This document shows, in pieces, positions 58,715 through 64,000 of a stretch of DNA of 64,000 nucleotides (its first letter is position 1; each line of letters opens with the position of its first letter). The notes beneath the pieces were generated by a model. It was not told the origin of the DNA, did no database searches, and saw only the letters and a program-made list of their open reading frames with translations. The stretch is from Macrostomum hystrix (lineage: Eukaryota; Animalia; Platyhelminthes), in NCBI GenBank assembly GCA_950097015.1, contig CATNEN010000041.1, positions 1,612,001 through 1,676,000 on the forward strand. Reading direction: 5' to 3'. The translations under genes were made by a program, and so were the position numbers.

Positions 58715-59969
58715 GCAGAGCCGACTTATGAAATTCTGGTTCGAACAGCTTTAGCCAACTCATGGCTTGAATTCTTGATTTCTCAAGGTTTATCAATTTA
58801 AAAAACATAAATACATGAAAATGAAACAGAACTCAAGATTCATAAAACAAAAATTAATTGTTGATATGACTCGTCTTGAGCTCTTACTCTTACTCTTGGC
58901 AGATTTAGGCATGAAAGCAGTCGGCCTAACTGGGCGCGAAATATCAGGTATGGACTCTTGACTTACTAGGCTTCGCTGCATGGCGGTCCGAAGACACAGC
59001 CGGGAGGCGGCAGTCGCCCATTCCGCTAGTCCCTGAAAGGCCCTCTTCAGCCGAGGAATAGGCTCTTTGAACTATTGAATTCTGATAGATGGAAACAAAC
59101 CTATTGGGACTTCTTCTAAACTGCAGCTTTCGACAGATTATCGGAATTATAACATTTGTGTGCTCTTTGCAGCCGTGAGATTTTAGTGCAATTAACGACT
59201 CAGCAGCCAAACTCGAAAACTTAAGTCTTAACCTCTTATGAAAATTCAGACCGCCTCTCTCCAGAACAACTAGCATTCATTGTCCCTAAAGGGCATCCAA
59301 CCGCAGATGGGAGATGAACAGCTCCACTGATGCATGGATTACCGTCTTAAAAAGTTAACGGATGGTAAAAGAAAGTCAGGGCAGCATGTAACAGACGTTC
59401 CATTTTCAGCAGGACTCTCGTGTTTTGATGAAGGCACAACTTGTGCAGAGATTGCGGCTGTCAACGTTGACTCTGGAAGTCAGCAGACTGGCAGCAGAAG
59501 AGCAGCCTATAAGCAAGAGAGAACTCATCAACCAAAATTAAACTTAAACTAAACACACGAAACTCCCCGAGTTACTAGCAAGCTTGTCTGCCTACCAGCG
59601 CATTTGCCTTCATGCTTCACTTAAAGACTCCTAAAGAATTTTGAAAAAAAGAAAAAGCTAAGGCAAATCACTACCTTTAGAATAATACGCTCGTACTTCA
59701 AGACTCAAAAAATGCGTAAGAATTTGATGAAAACGAAGTCCAGTCATTAAACAAAAAGGAAAAAAGGAAAAAGGAAATCATAACTTGAGTGTTCAAGTGT
59801 ACAAACCCCAACATAAAAGCCAACAAGAAGTCGAACACCGTCTATAGGACCCAAAATAAAAAACATAAGACAGACTGCGTCGAAAGAGCGATGAATAAGT
59901 TCCTTTTTATTATCCCACAACCACAAACTACACCGCACAAGCATGCTCAAAACAATAATATATCCAAAA

Positions 59970-62900
59970 TTATCCAAATCTAGCAAAACGGTTGCTTCTT
60001 CTCTTTCTGACATCGCGGCTCTTGCGATTGCGTCTGGCCGAGCGTCTGCGGTTACGTCTGGCGCGTCTGTTGGAGCGTCTGCGGTTGCGTCTAGCACGTC
60101 GACGGTTGCTTCTTCTCTTTCTGACATCGCGGCTCTTGCGGTTTCGTCTGGCCGAGCGTCTGCGGTTACGTCTGGCGCGTCTGTTGGAGCGTCTGCGGTT
60201 GCGTCTAGCACGACGACGGTTGCTTCTTCTCTTTCTCACATCGCGGCTCTTGCGGTTGCGTCTGGCCGAGCGTCTGCGGTTACGTCTGGCGCGTCTGTTG
60301 GAGCGTCTGCGGTTGCGTCTAGCACGACGACGGTTGCTTCTTCTCTTTCTGACATCGCGGCTCTTGCGGTTGCGTCTGGCCGAGCGTCTGCGGTTACGTC
60401 TAGCACGACGAGGGTTGCTTCTTCTCTTTCTGACATCGCGGCTCTTGCGATTGCGTCTGGCCGAGCGTCTGCGGTTACGTCTGGCGCGTCTGTTGGAGCG
60501 TCTGCGGTTGCGTCTAGCACGACGACGGTTGCTTCTTCTCTTTCTCACATCGCGGCTCTTGCGGTTGCGTCTGGCCGAGCGTCTGCGGTTACGTCTGGCG
60601 CGTCTGTTGGAGCGTCTGCGGTTGCGTCTAGCACGACGACGGTTGCTTCTTCTCTTTCTCACATCGCGGCTCTTGCGGTTGCGTCTGGCCGAGCGCCTGC
60701 GGTTACGTCTGGCGCGTCTGTTGGAGCGTCTGCGGTTGCGTCTAGCACGACGACGGTTGCTTCTTCTCTTTCTGACATCGCGGCTCTTGCGATTGCGTCT
60801 AGCCGAGCGTCTGCTGTTATGTCTGGCGCGTCTGTTGGAGCGTCTGCGGTTGCGTCTAGCACGACGACGGTTGCTTCTTCTCTTTTTGACATCGCGGCTC
60901 TTGCGGTTGCGTCTGCCGAGCGTCTGCGGTTACGTCTGGCGCGTCTGTTGGAGCGTCTGCGGTTGCGTCTAGCACGACGACGGTTGCTTCTTCTCTTTCT
61001 CACATCGCGGCTCTTGCGGTTGCGTCTGGCCGAGCGCCTGCGGTTACGTCTAGCACGACGACCGTTGCTTCTTCTCTTTCTGACATCGCGGCTCTTGCGG
61101 TTGCGTCTGGCCGAGCGTCTGCGGTTACGTCTGGCGCGTCTGTTGGAGCGTCTGCGGTTGCGTCTAGCACGACGACGGTTGCTTCTTCTCTTTCTGACAT
61201 CGCGGCTCTTGCGATTGCGTCTAGCCGAGCGTCTGCTGTTATGTCTGGCGCGTCTGTTGGAGCGTCTGCGGTTGCGTCTAGCACGACGACGGTTGCTTCT
61301 TCTCTTTTTGACATCGCCGGCTCTTGCGGTTGCGTCTGGCCGAGCGTCTGCGGTTACGTCTGGCGCGTCTGTTGGAGCGTCTGCGGTTGCGTCTAGCACG
61401 ACGACGGTTGCTTCTTCTCTTTCTCACATCGCGGCTCTTGCGGTTGCGTCTGGCCGAGCGCCTGCGGTTACGTCTAGCACGACGACCGTTGCTTCTTCTC
61501 TTTCTGACATCGCGGCTCTTGCGGTTGCGTCTGGCCGAGCGTCTGCGGTTACGTCTGGCGCGTCTGTTGGAGCGTCTGCGGTTGCGTCTAGCACGACGAC
61601 GGTTGCTTCTTCTCTTTCTCACATCGCGGCTCTTGCGGTTGCGTCTGGCCGAGCGCCTGCGGTAACGTCTAGCACGACGAGGGTTGCTTCTTCTCTTTCT
61701 CACATCGCGGCTCTTGCGATTGCGTCTGGCCGAGCGTCTGCGGTTACGTCTGGCGCGTCTGTTGGAGCGTCTGCGGTTGCGTCTAGCACGACGACGGTTG
61801 CTTCTTCTCTTTCTGACATCGCGGCTCTTGCGGTTGCGTCTGGCCGAGCGCCTGCGGTTACGTCTGGCGCGTCTGTTGGAGCGTCTGCGGTTGCGTCTAG
61901 CACGACGACGGTTGCTTCTTCTCTTTCTGACATCGCGGCTCTTGCGGTTGCGTCTGGCCGAGCGTCTGCGGTTGCGTCTAGCACGACGACGGTTGCTTCT
62001 TCTCTTTCTCACATCGCGGCTCTTGCGGTTGCGTCTGGCCGAGCGTCTGCGGTTACGTCTGACGCGTCTGTTGGAGCGTCTGCGGATGCGTCTAGCACGA
62101 CGACGGTTGCTTCTTCTCTTTCTCACATCGCGGCTCTTGCGGTTGCGTCTGGCCGAGCGCCTGCGGTTACGTCTAGCACGACGAGGGTTGCTTCTTCTCT
62201 TTCTGACATCGCGGCTCTTGCGATTGCGTCTGGCCGAGCGTCTGCGGTTACGTCTGGCGCGTCTGTTGGAGCGTCTGCGGTTGCGTCTAGCACGACGACG
62301 GTTGCTTCTTCTCTTTCTGACATCGCGGCTCTTGCGGTTGCGTCTGGCCGAGCGCCTGCGGTTACGTCCTAGCACGACGAGGGTTGCTTCTTCTCTTTCT
62401 GACATCGCGGCTCTTGCGATTGCGTCTAGCCGAGCGTCTGCGGTTACGTCTGGCGCGTCTGTTGGAGCGTCTGCGGTTGCGTCTAGCACGACGACGGTTG
62501 CTTCTTCTCTTTCTGACATCGCGGCTCTTGCGGTTGCGTCTGGCCGAGCGTCTGCGGTTGCGTCTAGCACGACGACGGTTGCTTCTTCTCTTTCTCACAT
62601 CGCGGCTCTTGCGGTTGCGTCTGGCCGAGCGCCTGCGGTTACGTCTAGCACGACGAGGGTTGCTTCTTCTCTTTCTGACATCGCGGCTCTTGCGATTGCG
62701 TCTGGCCGAGCGTCTGCGGTTACGTCTGGCGCGTCTGTTGGAGCGTCTGCGGTTGCGTCTAGCACGACGACGGTTGCTTCTTCTCTTTCTGACATCGCGG
62801 CTCTTGCGGTTGCGTCTGGCCGAGCGCCTGCGGTTACGTCTAGCACGACGAGGGTTGCTTCTTCTCTTTCTGACATCGCGGCTCTTGCGATTGCGTCTAG

Positions 62901-64000
62901 CCGAGCGTCTGCGGTTACGTCTGGCGCGTCTGTTGGAGCGTCTGCGGTTGCGTCTAGCACGACGACGGTTGCTTCTTCTCTTTCTCACATCGCGGCTCTT
63001 GCGGTTGCGTCTGGCCGAGCGCCTGCGGTTACGTCTAGCACGACGTGGGTTGCTTCTTCTCTTTCTGACATCGCGGCTCTTGCGATTACGTCTGGCCGAG
63101 CGCCTGCGGTTACGTCTGGCGCGTCTGTTGGAGCGTCTGCGGTTGCGTCTAGCACGACGACGGTTGCTTCTTCTCTTTCTGACATCGCGGCTCTTGCGGT
63201 TGCGTCTGGCCGAGCGCCTGCGGTTACGTCTAGCGCGTCTGTTGGAGCGTCTGCGGTTGCGTCTAGCACGACGACGGTTGCTTCTTCTCTTTCTGACATC
63301 GCGGCTCTTGCGGTTTCGTCTGGCCGAGCGCCTGCGGTTACGTCTGGCGCGTCTGTTGGAGCGTCTGCTGTTGCGTCTAGCACGACGACGGTTGCTTCTT
63401 CTCTTTCTGACATCGCGTCTCTTGCGGTTGCGTCTGGCCGAGCGCCTGCGGTTACGTCTAGCACGACGACGGTTGCTTCTTCTCTTTCTGACATCGCGGC
63501 TCTTGCGGTGGCGTCTAGCCGAGCGTCTGCGGTTACGTCTGGCGCGTCTGTTGGAGCGTCTGCGGTTGCGTCTAGCACGACGACGGTTGCTTCTTCTCTT
63601 TCTGACATCGCGTCTCTTGCGGTTGCGTCTGGCCGAGCGCCTGCGGTTACGTCTAGCACGACGAGGGTTGCTTCTTCTCTTTCTGACATCGCGGCTCTTG
63701 CGATTGCGTCTAGCCGAGCGTCTGCGGTTACGTCTGGCGCGTCTGTTGGAGCGTCTGCGGTTGCGTCTAGCACGACGACGGTTGCTTCTTCTCTTTCTGA
63801 CATCGCGGCTCTTGCGGTTGCGTCTGGCCGAGCGCCTGCGGTTACGTCTAGCACGACGAGGGTTGCTTCTTCTCTTTCTGACATCGCGGCTCTTGCGATT
63901 GCGTCTAGCCGAGCGTCTGCGGTTACGTCTGGCGCGTCTGTTGGAGCGTCTGCGGTTGCGTCTAGCACGACGACGGTTGCTTCTTCTCTTTCTCACATCG
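59970..64000 (-). CDS. 3' end of a very large arginine-rich repeat protein (38-aa unit, about 58% Arg), 5' end outside window; three single-base indels in the given sequence
   Basis: The repeat is open in the RRSNRRRARRNRRRSNRRARRNRRRSARRNRKSRDVRK frame and ends ...SNRFARFG-TAA (59972-59970). AATAAA lies about 60 nt downstream (59911-59906). Recurrent unit variants are mostly synonymous in this frame. Confidence 0.62.
59988..64000. repeat. Composite 114-bp/78-bp tandem repeat, about 40 units, continuing past window end
   Basis: Unit GACGGTTGCTTCTTCTCTTTCTGACATCGCGGCTCTTGCGGTTGCGTCTGGCCGAGCGTCTGCGGTTACGTCTGGCGCGTCTGTTGGAGCGTCTGCGGTTGCGTCTAGCACGAC. The short form lacks 36 bp. Confidence 0.98.

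Noticed and set aside
59970-59990. Terminal ...RFARFG* as an RFamide neuropeptide
   Set aside because: There is only one copy at the end of a polybasic repeat and no precursor architecture is visible. Probably coincidental.
59943-62372. 809-aa Ser/Ala/Thr mucin-like plus-strand ORF
   Set aside because: Recurrent variants hit first codon positions (non-synonymous) in this frame. It is the antisense shadow of the Arg-rich frame and changes character at the indels.

Overview
Eukaryotic (animal) genomic DNA. It has GC-rich exons with poly-Gln/poly-Ala tracts, GT-AG introns and about 30 mostly unrelated minisatellites that together fill roughly a third of the window. This architecture resembles the flatworm Macrostomum lignano (inference only). 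Spliced genes reconstructed by hand, in order: the 3' part of a STAC-like SH3 adaptor (+); an atypical SLC6-family transporter (-); ARHGEF17 (+, 15 exons); an unknown E/R-rich protein with a five-fold EEWTVY motif (-); an intronless GPRIN-like gene (-); TBL2 (-); HDAC3 (-); a disabled ALK/LTK-type glycine-rich-domain gene (+); and the 3' end of a giant arginine-rich repeat protein (-) that runs off the right edge. A degenerate tRNA-derived, SINE-like element lies near 56.3 kb. Most long ORFs in the supplied track are read-throughs of non-coding tandem repeats. Three observations stand out. (1) The 114-bp repeat at 60-64 kb varies mainly at synonymous positions of a 58%-Arg frame and ends in a stop codon plus poly(A) signal. 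(2) A 44-bp minisatellite is an about 46-fold amplification of a real 3' splice site plus the exon start. (3) The SLC6 protein has lost its canonical Na+/Cl-/substrate-site motifs. Repeat boundaries and copy numbers are approximate (+/- about 10 bp). Exon boundaries were read by eye from splice consensus and frame continuity.
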